A DNA stretch of 63,298 nt, the filler included, from Bonamia ostreae (lineage: Eukaryota), in assembly GCA_040357525.1 (NCBI GenBank). It is 25 parts of 25 records of this genome, joined end to end, with 100 filler letters (N's around TTAATTAATTAA, not from the genome) between each part and the next. Parts side by side here need not be neighbours in the genome. Positions count along the whole stretch, not along the records: positions 38,189 to 40,623 come from JBDODL010000849.1; positions 40,724 to 43,154 come from JBDODL010000850.1; positions 43,255 to 45,683 come from JBDODL010000851.1; positions 45,784 to 48,208 come from JBDODL010000852.1; positions 48,309 to 50,728 come from JBDODL010000853.1; 20 more parts are not named here. The stretch is one strand, 5' to 3'. Below the pieces are notes generated by a model, which worked only from the letters and a program-made list of their open reading frames with translations, did not search any database and was not told the DNA's origin. The translations under genes were made by a program, and so were the position numbers. Of the stretch, positions 38,829-50,828 are shown in pieces (within the stretch, counting starts at the first letter, position 1; each line of letters begins with the position of its first letter).

Positions 38829-39207
38829 TTTCTCGTTTTAAGGTTTGTTTTAAACCTTTGGCCAAAATTATGAGAAAACTTTAAAAAAAATTTTAGGTTT
38901 TAAAATATTTTGCAAAATGATAAATTTTAGAAAATGATAAATGGTTGTCACAAATCTTTTTAAATGTAATTTTTCGAAATGTAGTTTTCCATCATTGATC
39001 TCTTTCTAATAAAAAATTTTCATAATCGCTTTCTTTAAAATCGTTTCTTGTTAGAATAACGAGACTAATATTTTTTAAGATATTTTTATATTCATTGAAT
39101 ATTCCAGTTTAAATATTCCAAATTTAAAATATTTAAAATATTCGAAAAAGATTTTTCTGGTTCTAGAAATAATTTAATTTTACAAATAATTGAAATCAAA
39201 ATGAATT

Positions 39208-39936
39208 TATTATTTCCAAATCAAATCCTTTTTCTTCTTGATGAAATTCAACAGACTTTGAGCAATATTCGAAGGACTGAAAGTCCTAATCGGAGTTGCA
39301 TTTTGTTTATCATTTTTAGATTTCGCAAGTTGCTTTTCGAGTTTTGAGATTTCGATTAACTTTTTTTTGTTTGCCGTTTCTTCGTCAATGTCTTTTATTA
39401 TTTGGTCTATTCTAAAAATAAGTTAATAAGATTAGTCATTTAAATATAATAATGAAACTTGTCAATGTCTTTCAATTTCTTTTTTTCTTCGTTTTTCAGT
39501 TTTAGTTTGTTTTCGGCAATTTTTTTCCGTCTTTTTTTGTTGATTTCTTTTTTCTTCTTTCGCTCGCCTTTCCGCTTTTGTTTTCGCGGCAAAGTTTTCT
39601 GTATTTTTCTAATTTTGACAGGCGATTTAACTTCAGTTTTAAGTTTTTCGACTCTTTTTCTGATTTGGTTCTTGTTTTTGGAAGATCAAAAATTTTCAGA
39701 AAAACAGTTTGCACAACAAAATTACAAAATTGGCAAACTTCATTTTTGAAACTGATTTTCGGAATCGGTTTTTTTCGCATTGTTCTTTGCAAATTCAGAG
39801 GACTCTGTTTAACCGCCTCTTTGCTTTCCCAGATATCAAGAGTTTGTCTCTTTTGAGGTTTTTTTGAAATTTTTCTTTGCTTTCTCTTGTTTTTTGCTAA
39901 GGTTTTCCCGGTTTTTCTCGAGTTTCGAGAAACCAT
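39208..39936 (-). CDS. Lys-rich protein, possibly a shortened NOP53-like nucleolar protein
   Basis: Highly basic and multi-exon; LDIW motif and C-terminal PIRTFSPSNIAQ. Weak resemblance only. Confidence 0.35.
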
Positions 39937-40080
39937 TTTTATTTTTTAAGCTCAACTATAAAATATTTATCGCTAACGATTTTAATTCGAAATATGGCGA
40001 TTTTATCTTTTTTATTAAATACAGCAAATATCGGCCATGCAAAATATTAGCAAGCTAAATTTTAAAATTAAGAGCTTTGA

Positions 40081-40623
40081 ATGAACAGCGAATTCGATAT
40101 TAAGTCTATAAAGTCAGAGGACCGCAACCACCTTCTGCAGCTAGCGCGGCTTGCGGAAAACAGCGAGCGGTTCGAAGACATGTGCGCGATCATGAAACGA
40201 GTCATTTCTCTCGCGCCAAACATAAACATGGACGAGCGGAACTTGTTATCGATCGCTTACAAGAACGCCGTTGGCAGTCGAAGGACTTCCTGGCGCGCGA
40301 TCAGTAGCGAGCTCGAAGCCGCCCCCGAAGGAGCGGTGCGCGCAGACATGGAGAAATATAAAGCAGTGGTGGAAAAAGAGCTGCATTCGAAGTGTCACGA
40401 AGTACTCGAAGTGATCGAGAAGAACATTCTGCCCGATTTCGACAAAGAGAACGCCGAAGGCCACATTTATTTCCTAAAAATGGCGGCTGATTATTATCGC
40501 TATTTGGCGGAAACCGGACAGGACGAAGGGAAAAAGACAGTCGAATATTACAAAAAAGCGTACGAAATCGCAGAGAAAAGTCTTGTGAAAACACATCCGA
40601 CAAAACTTGTTTTTGAAACGAAA
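40081..40623 (+). CDS. 14-3-3 protein (3' partial)
   Basis: ARLAENSERFEDM, ERNLLSIAYKNAVGSRRTSWR, YFLKMAADYYRYLAE, THP. Confidence 0.96.
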
Positions 40624-41151
40624 NNNNNNNNNNNNNNNNNNNNNNNNNNNNNNNNNNNNNNNNNNNNTTAATTAATTAANNNNNNNNNNNNNNNNNNNNN
40701 NNNNNNNNNNNNNNNNNNNNNNNTAGTCTACCCCGCCTGAGAGTTAATTGATGCAATTATCTTGGGTAAGGAATTCCGACTGTAGGGCGTATGGATTATG
40801 TGCTGTTGTCATCTTTCCAGGCTGAGTGCCTAATTAGTGCCATTTTCTTGAGCAGTGGACTTATTGTATGCAATTATCATACTCTCAACTCTGTGACATG
40901 TTTAAGGTTTTTTATCGGAAGTAATGAAGTTAGTAATAGCATAAGAGATCGGTCTAAATATTGATCGTCAGTTGACAGTTAAATGATAACTGGAGAACTG
41001 ACTTGTTTGTTGTAAAACAGCATAGCAAAAAGCCATTTGGATTATTTACCGTCCAGGGAAAATTCAGGATTATTTTCATTGCTTTTAATTCTTAGTGATC
41101 GTTTAAGACTCAGTATTATTCCGATTTTTGGTATTTACTATAGCTTTCGCA

Positions 41152-43119
41152 ATGTCTTCGTACGTTGTTCTGTTAGTCTGCATGGCATTTACTATGGTTT
41201 GTGCTAAGGTTGATAACGATCGCTTTCTGGGTAATGTTGGGGTTTATTTGGAAGACAGTGGAACAATCGTGTTTTCCAAGGCTTACTGGCATCATACTTT
41301 TGTAATAGAACTTCCAAAGGTCGATGACATCAAGTCTTTTTTTTTCTTATGTCATTCTTGGGAAAAACGATTGCTCTGCGCACGGCAAGAAATTCACCCT
41401 ATGCAGTCTTTTATCAAACAGTTAGATACGGATATGGTGAATTCAATAAAGGAACTTACAACCTTCGTTTCCCGTAATTTGCAATCTTTTTCAGGATCAA
41501 GGCGGAAACCACGTTCTGCTATATTTTCTTTCATCGGAAGTTTGTCCAAGTCATTGTTTGGGACAGCTACTGTGGAGGATTTGGAAAGAGTTGCTCACAG
41601 AGTAAACTCAATGATACAACAGGACATCAATCTGACAAATGCCATAAACGTCGAGAGAAAAAATTTCGAATCGTTCATGCAGTTAGAAAATGTTCGATAC
41701 GAAAGCATGAAAAACATCATCAACGACACGCGGAAAAATTTAAAGGGACTCACTAACAGATTGGGTTCCTTACAGAAAGAGTTTCTGGATGCACAGAGAA
41801 TGATGGCGGCGTCATTCGTTGTACAAAATATATCCTATTCATTTCAACAACACATTGCTGACATTCGCCATGCCATCACTCTCTTAACAAGGGGGTATCT
41901 TTCTAATCTTCTAATTTCAGATCAACAATTGCAGTCAGGTTTGAGGAAAATCGCTGCCAACGCAGAATCAACCCACCTGGAATATCTACAACATGCCGAC
42001 GTGGCCTACCATCGACGACATGGCTCTTACATCGCCCGTGTCCACCGAGAAACCGGAAATATATGGGTAACATTGAAAGTTGCCGTTGGACCGAGAACAC
42101 AAGATAGGTTATTCCGTGTTCATTCTTTTGCAGTACCCATTGGAAAGAACCCCAGACACGGAACAATAATTACTAGGCTACCGGAATATATCATAGATCG
42201 ACAGTTCGAAGACCAGCATGCGTATGCAGCAATAAAGTCCGATTTATTAAGTACGCATTGCAAAAGAATGGGTAGATTCCACCATGATTGTGAAGGTATG
42301 CTGGGATGGGACAAGAGGCCCCAGTCTTGTATCGCTGGAATTCTTAAGGATGATATCCGCATTATTGGTAAGTATTGTACCCATCGTTTCCTGGGGAATG
42401 AATTCACGACCGCTACTCCACTTAAGGTACTGGCGGAAAACAATATTCTCGTTGTCAACAGGAAAACCCTGAGGATTCAATGTGGCAGAAAGATGACAGA
42501 TATTCGTGGCTGTGTTCATTGTAGAATTAAAATTCCCTGTAACTGCCGGATCGTTGATGGTGACAGTGTGATAGATGCTGGATCGTCCCTAGAATGCAAC
42601 AACGTGGATCAAAGTATAATGGAATACAGTCATTTGTTCAATCTGCTTGTATCAAAGGATTACGATGCCATAATTGCAAAGGCAAGCCAGGATTGGTCAA
42701 ATGGCATGGAACACCTCAACGTATTACCAAACGCGGAATTCCACGATGACAAATATGAGGAACTTTTATCGGTGGACAAAGAAGACGAATTACACGCAAG
42801 ACAGGTAAGAGACAGAGTAAAGGAAGACGAAGAGGTGTTCTCCAAATTGGCCGACGCCATTCTGACAGGGGCCATTGTATTACCAGATGATTGGTCCTCT
42901 CCGTTCTCCATACTTCTGTTGATATCAATCGCGTTAATTGGAATATCTATTCCACTAGTCGTTAAAGGTTACATCGGTATGTACAGAAGAATCAGCCAAT
43001 ATGTTAAAGAACACGAGGAGGACATTTCAACAACCAATGCTGAAGAATCAGACAATAGGTCAGAGACAGACAATATGTCAGAGACATGTGTGAAAAACTA
43101 CAGTGGCTACAGGTCGTAG
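41152..43119 (+). CDS. Baculovirus-F / errantivirus (gypsy) Env-type class I fusion glycoprotein
   Basis: Signal peptide MSSYVVLLVCMAFTMVCA; basic cleavage site RRKPR (41500-41514) followed by fusion peptide SAIFSFIGSLSKSLFGTATVEDL (GxxxKxLFGTxxxxD motif); heptad region; Cys-rich region; TM FSILLLISIALIGISIPLVV; acidic tail. Intronless. Confidence 0.8.
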   Translation: MSSYVVLLVCMAFTMVCAKVDNDRFLGNVGVYLEDSGTIVFSKAYWHHTFVIELPKVDDIKSFFFLCHSWEKRLLCARQEIHPMQSFIKQLDTDMVNSIKELTTFVSRNLQSFSGSRRKPRSAIFSFIGSLSKSLFGTATVEDLERVAHRVNSMIQQDINLTNAINVERKNFESFMQLENVRYESMKNIINDTRKNLKGLTNRLGSLQKEFLDAQRMMAASFVVQNISYSFQQHIADIRHAITLLTRGYLSNLLISDQQLQSGLRKIAANAESTHLEYLQHADVAYHRRHGSYIARVHRETGNIWVTLKVAVGPRTQDRLFRVHSFAVPIGKNPRHGTIITRLPEYIIDRQFEDQHAYAAIKSDLLSTHCKRMGRFHHDCEGMLGWDKRPQSCIAGILKDDIRIIGKYCTHRFLGNEFTTATPLKVLAENNILVVNRKTLRIQCGRKMTDIRGCVHCRIKIPCNCRIVDGDSVIDAGSSLECNNVDQSIMEYSHLFNLLVSKDYDAIIAKASQDWSNGMEHLNVLPNAEFHDDKYEELLSVDKEDELHARQVRDRVKEDEEVFSKLADAILTGAIVLPDDWSSPFSILLLISIALIGISIPLVVKGYIGMYRRISQYVKEHEEDISTTNAEESDNRSETDNMSETCVKNYSGYRS

Positions 43120-43254
43120 ACTATTATATATACATCAAATTCTTTGTCTTGTTGNNNNNNNNNNNNNNNNNNNNNNNNNNNNNNNNNNNNNNNNNNNNTT
43201 AATTAATTAANNNNNNNNNNNNNNNNNNNNNNNNNNNNNNNNNNNNNNNNNNNN

Positions 43255-44624
43255 GGAATTTATCGGAAGTAACGGAATGTTCAAATTTTTTCGATATTTT
43301 AATTATTTCAAATTTTTTAATTTAATTTTCAGTTTTTTATTTCAATTTTTTTCCAAATTTTTATTTTTAAATTTTTAATTTTCAGTTTTTTATTTCAAAT
43401 TTTTTATTTTTTTTCCAAATTTTTATTTAATTTTCAGTTTTTTATTTTTGAAATTTTTATTTTTAAATTTTTATTTAATTTTCAGTTTTATTTCAAATTT
43501 TTTTATTTTTAAATATTTATTTAATTTTCAGTTTTTTATTTCAAATTTTTTTTTTATTTTTGAAATTATTTTCCAAATTTTTTATTACAAAGTTTTCAAA
43601 TTATTTTTTGTTTAGAGCCGCGCCGAGATTAAAAGATGCCAAATTTGGGAACATGGATGAAATTAAAGATGCGTATATTCAATGCTTAAAAATCCTGAGA
43701 AATCTAGTTTCTCAGTGTAAACTTGTTCACGCCGATTTTTCAGAATACAATTTGTTGTTGAATGAACAAAAAGTTGTTTTGATAGATGTGGGATCCGCAG
43801 TCTCCTTGACTCATCCAAAGTTTAATAAAAAAATTTAGTTTTAAGGAGTTCTTACTAAGCGATTGCATGAATTTTTTCAACTTTTTTTCCAAAAAAGTTT
43901 TTATTGTTTATAATTGCCGACCATAAAATTGCAATTTGGATTATTAAAAAACACAAAAATTCAATTTAACAATTTAATTCCAACACAAAAATTTAGCGAA
44001 ACCAAATATTTTAATAAAATTATTAAAGGAAGTAAAACTTTTGGACATTGAAGAAATTTTTAATTATGTCTTATCTGGTGATACATGTGGAAATTTTACT
44101 GCAAAATTCTTTGAATGTAAACAACAATCTGAAAACGAAGACTCAAAATTACTTAAAAGAATTAACGGAAAAAACGTCTTTACGAATAAAAATTACGACA
44201 GCGACAACTTATCAACTGTTCTTTCTACAATGAAACTTACGTCGTTATTTGACGTTTAATAAAAACTTAAATTCACAAAAAAACGGCGAAAACTTATTTT
44301 GAAATTATTTAGATCGACGAATCGAACATGTTCAAACCCGAAACAAAACAATTAACAAGTCATTTAGTAGCGGAAGGGGAATATTCAAGCTCTCGTTTAT
44401 CCGATGGCAATTCTGAACTATCAGAATATTCCTCGGCCGAACCACAAACCCAAAGTTCTGGAAACAAAAAACACATTAAAAGTAAAGAGGAAATTAAAGC
44501 TAATAGAAAAGAGAATAAAAAAGCCGTTAAAGAGGAAAAAAGACAAAAACGCCAAAAAAAAGTTCCGAAAAAAGTCAAAAAAAGGAAAGAAAAATTGACT
44601 AAAATGAGAAAGAATAAAAAATAA
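43255..44624 (+). CDS. RIO1: RIO1 atypical kinase (5' partial)
   Basis: EFIG..[intron 43279-43615]AAPRLKDA, CKLVHADFSEYN, LIDVGSAV..HP, and basic C-tail NKKAVKEEKRQKRQKKVPKKVKKRKEK. Confidence 0.9.
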
Positions 44625-44760
44625 TTTGATTTGCAAAAGTGCAAAAGTAGTTTTCGTTTTGAAGATTTACAAAAATTTGTCTTCATTTTTTGAAGATTTA
44701 CTGTTTTTGGTTTCACCCATTAAAATGTTTTTATTGAAAAAGTTAAAACCTGCAACCAAT

Positions 44761-45488
44761 TTATCCGTCAAGATATCTCTTAAAAAACGCGTAAAGTCTT
44801 TCCCGCGCTAAATTTGTATCGGATTCGCTATAACATTCCGGTCTTTTTTTGTTTGTGAAAGCGTGCCCAGCCCTGTAATCGAAATGCGTTTCGTGTTTAG
44901 AGTGATCAAAATCCCCTTCTTTGATTCTCTCAACAAGATTTTTCTGGTCTTCGGGACTTGAAAACCCTTTCAAATCGTCTTTTTGGCCGAAATGGAGTTG
45001 TAGAGGTATTTTGATCTCCTTTGGATCGGCCAGATCTCTTGAAGGGATTCCGTAGAAAACGGCTGCGCAATCAAGATTTTTCACGTGAACCGCGGAAGCT
45101 AAACTTAACGCCTTTTAAAATGAGATTTAAGGTTATTACTCCGCCCATACAGAATCCGACAGTTCCGACTTTCGGAGTTTTTGCGATATTTTTCAAATAA
45201 TCGACGGATGCCTGAATGTCTTCAATGGCCCCTTTCCAGTCGAGTGTATTCATCAGATGTCCGGCTGTTTCAAAATCCTCCGCTACTTCGCCTCTATACA
45301 AGTCTGGGACCAAAGTAGTGTAACTGATGTTTCAAACAATACAACCCTTTTGAATGAAACCAATTGGTCGCTTGATCTTTGATTTGCTGGTTTACGCCCC
45401 ACCATTCTTGGATAACCACAACACCGGGGGCACTTGAATTTGAGCCTTGTGTCGTCAGATATCCCGGCAAGATGCCCTTTATAGACAT
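44761..45488 (-). CDS. Dienelactone hydrolase (carboxymethylenebutenolidase) family
   Basis: PGVVVIQEWWGVN, VPDLYRG, GFCMGG nucleophile motif, FYG, HFG.KD, AGHAF. Introns of 22 and 28 nt. Confidence 0.92.
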
Positions 45489-45783
45489 TAATGGGTTTGG
45501 AGTGTAAATTAAAATTGAAATTTATTGACATTAAAAAGCTTATCGGATTAATCGATTAAATTTGATTTATGTAAATGTGCTAAACTGAACAAAGAGACAA
45601 TTCTAACCTTTTTGTTTTTCGAAGTAATATTGATTAATTTTGTCGCCGCTTTTGCCATAGAGGAAGTTTTTGCGATAAAATTANNNNNNNNNNNNNNNNN
45701 NNNNNNNNNNNNNNNNNNNNNNNNNNNTTAATTAATTAANNNNNNNNNNNNNNNNNNNNNNNNNNNNNNNNNNNNNNNNNNNN

Positions 45784-48208
45784 AATGGGCAGTTATGCCT
45801 AAACTTTAAAATCCTGATGTAGAGGGGATGCGATTTTTTATTAGTCTCTCTCAGTACACAAAAGATGGGGGTTAGGTCGTATATTGTGGTAGGAGATTCC
45901 ATTTCATGTTGCTTCTGGAGAGAAATGATCATTCATATATATTTGTAGACGTTTGAAGTCTCCAGATTTAATATGTAACATGATCGTTAATTTTTTCTGT
46001 CAATAGAAGAAACCGACATGCGTTGCTTGTTTAAACATTTAAATATATCCTTTACACATATTACATAGGAAAGACACTTGTCATTATGTCCAATTCACAA
46101 TAATTGTCCATTGATGTCCTTTGTCGACGGCTGTTTGTATCCTCAATACCGTATATCTTTTTGTCGACATTTGTTTGTGTGGTATATAGGGGGTATTTAA
46201 TAAATTTAGAGCACTAGGAACATTTGTAATTCATGACAGAAGATCTAGATTTAATCGATCGGTTCTTTTCATCTCTAAAGATCTTTTTTGTTCAATGAAC
46301 AATACATTACACTTTGTGCATTGATTAATGAATTCAATGTTTTAGAAACACTGCAGTATCTACATGAATCTAAAGTATCAATTTATGAGTCGAAAGTATG
46401 TCTTTTCAATGATAGAATTCACTTTCTTCAATAACAACCTTTTAGGTGTAAATCAGTTCAGTTACTATCAATGGAGTACCTGTCAGGCAGTGGTGTTAAG
46501 TTTTTAATTAATTATCTAATCAATTAGCGTTATCAGATGTTGATGTCATTGTGTTCATTGTGGTTATGATTACAAATGACAGAACAGAATCGTTTGAAGG
46601 CAATATCAATTACGGAATACCTGGGCCTACAGTGTACCCCCTAGTCCCCTAGTGACTGTCTTTGTTCATAGGAACCTTAAAATCCACGCGATTAGGACGT
46701 GGTATACGCACTTTATCGTTCAGAAGAGAAGAACAAGAGTCCGGTAAGATATGATTTAAGTTCCTGTCTTATGGTATTAGAATTGAAATGTATGACATTC
46801 GTATTTCGATACAGATAGACATGAAGGTAAAGTTGATATGATATTGATTCTGTTCTTTATTGATGGTCAAACTGTATTGTTTCTGCTTGTCTTTTCATTG
46901 CTATCTGTAGAATGTGATGCTTTGACTATTTGACTGATGTAAGCTATGGCTCTTCACTTCCTTAAAGAGTATACTATACAGTATAGAATAAACGGTGTTT
47001 ATGTATGTATCAATTTTCATTATGTTAAACAATAATGAAAACCTTCCGTATTTTGTAGGCTGATTTCACCTCTAAACAATTTTGAAGCTTTATAAACTCG
47101 GATACAAGGTTTTACAAATTTTGACCTAAAGTTGAAAAGAGAAGAACAATAAACTATTTTGGCAAAAACACCAAACTTGTGATTACTTTGTTGCTGAAAA
47201 GAAATGAATCTAGGTGAGTATAAAATGCTTTCAATTGTCATACTCTACAAATGTGAGAAAATCGATGACAGCCATAATACATCAGTTATACTGGGCGTTG
47301 ACTGTTGCCTATGTGACACGATTTGGGTCTTTTTGTCATTTTCTAACTTTCTTTACACTTGACCATCAAAATACTGAACTCCGAGAAATTAATGATCCGC
47401 CAGGTAATATTTTGATCAAGCAAACTTATGACATTTAGCAAAAAGTATAAATTGATTTAAATGTGTTAATCAAACATGTTTTGAGTCAATTTTATTCTGT
47501 TTTGAAATTGATATAAAGTCGGAAGTTAGTTTTAGGGTTAGGGAAAACTCAAAGCTCTCCATTTGATATGTCAATTGGCATACAGGCAAGTAACATTCTT
47601 TTAAAAGAGTAGGTGCATAACCAGACGAAGTGACCTTAATTGTCTAAATTAATTGTCTGACAAAAGGAAAGCAATTAACCTAGCAGATGTTTTATTTTGC
47701 CCAAACGAAAAATTCCTAGATCGTGGGGAGGGTGGAGGTTCAATTTAACTCTTCAATCGTTCATTCTTCCTTTTTCAAAAAACAAAAAAGCGTGGAATGT
47801 GAACAGTGAAACTATACATCTTTGTTTGCATGTAGATATATAAACTAACTTTATAAGTAAAAATAATGGAAATAAACAAGAANNNNNNNNNNCACGACCA
47901 CATTTTTAAAAAAAATAGAAGTACCATCCTTTGTTTCGATTTTAATGAAAATCCATACATGTTTATAAATTGATTGTCACTAGAATACCTGCAATAAGTT
48001 AGCTGTCTGTATATTTTATAATAAATGCGAGTGTCTGACTCCATATCAAGTGTGTTGGACTTACGAATGAAATTCGATGTTGGGAGTTTATTCCATTTGT
48101 ATGCATTATGACGTCAAATACCGAGACGATCCGAGCAAAAGATAGTTACATAATTTCGAGTTCTTTCGGGCAACACAAACAATCGGAAAATTTTACATAC
48201 AAATAGGA
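45784..48208. other. Compositionally distinct non-coding contig (possible host or other-organism DNA)
   Basis: No recognisable gene over 2.4 kb; lacks the long A/T homopolymer texture of neighbouring contigs; has an internal 10-N gap. Confidence 0.55.
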
Positions 48209-48308
48209 NNNNNNNNNNNNNNNNNNNNNNNNNNNNNNNNNNNNNNNNNNNNTTAATTAATTAANNNNNNNNNNNNNNNNNNNNNNNNNNNNNNNNNNNN
48301 NNNNNNNN

Positions 48309-48945
48309 AAAGTTTGTAACAACAGAAACACTTTTTTTAAATTGAGAAAAATGTCGTTTGTCGAAGATTTTTTTTAAAAATTGAAAAATTTGCAAAAACG
48401 ACAATAATCAACTATTTTTATCCAACAAAACATTTTTAGTATACGAAAGATATCCGAGCTTAAAATGAATTTCAAAACTTGTCTGGCGTTAATAATCGCT
48501 TTTCTGATTTTTCGTTGATGTTTGGGACACAACTTTGTTTTGTATCTTGGCAAGATTTTCCCTCGCGCGTTCATATAATTATCTAGAACATTTACAGTCT
48601 AAAAATGATTTTTTTTACTGTAAATGAAGGTTCTTTCATTTTCTGAATTTGGTTTAAACACAAATTGCACAATTGGTTGATTTTCCTAACGCTTTGATTG
48701 TCTATGTGCTCAACTACTTTTTCATTAAATGTTTCTGGGAGGTCCTTTATGACTTGAGGCGTTTTTGGGGAATTTGGGTTGTATGGAAACAAAAGTCTGT
48801 TTTTAAGTGTGTTGTCGACATTAAAAGGTTTTTTCTTCAATAGATTCTCTCTTTCTTCTGTGAATGCCGTTCTTTTCAGCGAATTCAATAGATTTCCGGT
48901 TTGAAGTTTGCCTCCGATAAAAAATCCTTTGACCTTAGGAAACAT
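48309..48945 (-). CDS. Mitochondrial ribosomal protein bS18m (3' partial)
   Basis: N-terminal basic presequence-like region, CNLC, then [20-nt intron] VLDNYMNARGKILPRYKTKLCPKHQRKIRKAIINARQ (S18 signature). Confidence 0.85.
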
Positions 48946-49269
48946 TTATTTTGTGTAGAAATAATGGCTAAACTATTATTAGATGGACAGATATTAATAT
49001 TTTTTTGTTGTCTAAAAATGCAATTTTTGAATGGAGCAAAGTTATTGTAATACCAAAACAAAAAGATATTAAAAACAGAGAATGCCGTCAAGTCAAATGT
49101 TGAAGATTTTATTTTTTAAAACTTCTTTTTTGCTTTATTTTCTGAAATTGATTTTTTTGTTTTCAAACAATTTTTGAAAAATCAATTTTTTCGCGTAAAC
49201 AATAAGTTTTCAGTTACAAAAAATTTTCAGTTTTTTTTAATATCGATGAAAATGATTTTTTCTAATATT

Positions 49270-50728
49270 TTAATAAATTTTCGATTTTTTAGACTTTGGC
49301 TTTCTTCTCTTTGAACCATTTTTCTGCGATCTTTTCCCTTTTTTCACGGCCGTTTTTCTTTTTCGAGAAGACTTGATTTCTTTGACGTTTCCAAAAAAAC
49401 CAAAACTATCTTCGCTCTCTTCAATTTCCGAAGATACTATAAATCCGTCGTCTTCGTAACCTTCTTTTGTCAGTTTTTTTGTTGTTCGTTCCGGCTGCTT
49501 TCTTTTTCTCGTTTTTTCGCTCATCAACAGTATTTCCGTTTTGTTTAAGGAATTGAATCTTTATATAAAAAATTTTGAATTTTTCATTGCCACAAAAATT
49601 TCAATAATTGTCCAAAAGCGCAATTTTATATTTTAGCACAACAATTTTTTTTAAATAAGCAAATTTTTCATTTCTAAAATTCTTGAATTGGTCAATATCT
49701 AAATTTCGCCAATTTTATAAAAATGACTTTCTTGTAAAAGCTGATTTCGCTTTGGTTTCAATAACGATTTTATCGTTTTCATACGCACCATTCGCCACCA
49801 TAAAATCAAAGTCGTCTTTGTTCAAATCATAACCGACCAGTCTTCTTATGCTCTCTTCCACGCCTTCCTGATTTTGCAATTTAAAACTTTTCCCTTTTCG
49901 ATCATCGGCTCTGAAATGTATCTTATCAGAGCACCGGAACAATCCGCGACGAACTTCTTGGCGTTTAGGCACCGCATCTTTTTCCCAATGCGCCGCAGCG
50001 CAGCCGCGCACAGCCGATAATTTTTATTCCTGTTCGAGTTTTTGCCCAGCCATCTTTAAAGTGTGCGCAAAAATTACTGTGGGAATTGCAATCGGAAAGG
50101 TTTTTGCCCTCCGGAAACTCTTTCCGCCGGGATCACGCATGACAAAAGCGCGTGAAGAGGCAACAAGCCAAAACTCTGGCCTGAATATATTGTTTTGTTT
50201 ATCAGATCCGAATCCGCCAAAATTTGCGACTAAATCAAAATTGATTTTTCAAAACGGTTTCGACATATTTTTCGAAGCTGTTTTTCCCAAAAAGTTTGTG
50301 TTGCAAGTAGTTTTCCTAAGTTTATATAAAGCGAGAACTTGTATGAGCAACGGCACCATCATCTGATCGACAAAATAATATCTAGAGCGCTCCTCAAAAA
50401 ACTGAGCAGATCCCGTGTTTTTGGGTTTAAACAAGGCCGCCGCAGCGTCCCAAGTGCCAATCGAGCTGTCCTTGTTTTTGGCCGAATTTTGGTTTTCTTT
50501 TGATTTGCAAATTGAATGTTACCTCCCGAAGACCAGAATTCAAGACAGTTCAAGATGTTTCGTAGATCGCAATCCGCTCGTCCTATCAACGCGAGCAAGT
50601 CTTTTTCGCTGATTTCAATGTCTATTATTTCAAAATTTTAACTTTCGATTTTTGTGATCTTAGTTATCCTCGGCAATATCTGCATTACTGTCGGTCTAAA
50701 TATTTTAATCAAAAAATCGCCATTAAAT
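49270..50728 (-). CDS. RFC1: Replication factor C subunit 1, C-terminal half (5' partial)
   Basis: DLRNILNCLEFW, YFVDQMMVPLLIQ, WLGKNS, YDLNKDDFD, IETKAKSAFTR. Confidence 0.85.
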
Positions 50729-50828
50729 NNNNNNNNNNNNNNNNNNNNNNNNNNNNNNNNNNNNNNNNNNNNTTAATTAATTAANNNNNNNNNNNNNNNN
50801 NNNNNNNNNNNNNNNNNNNNNNNNNNNN

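Noticed and set aside
47531-47543. TTTAGGGTTAGGG as telomeric repeat
   Set aside because: Only two units, internal to the contig; compatible with chance.
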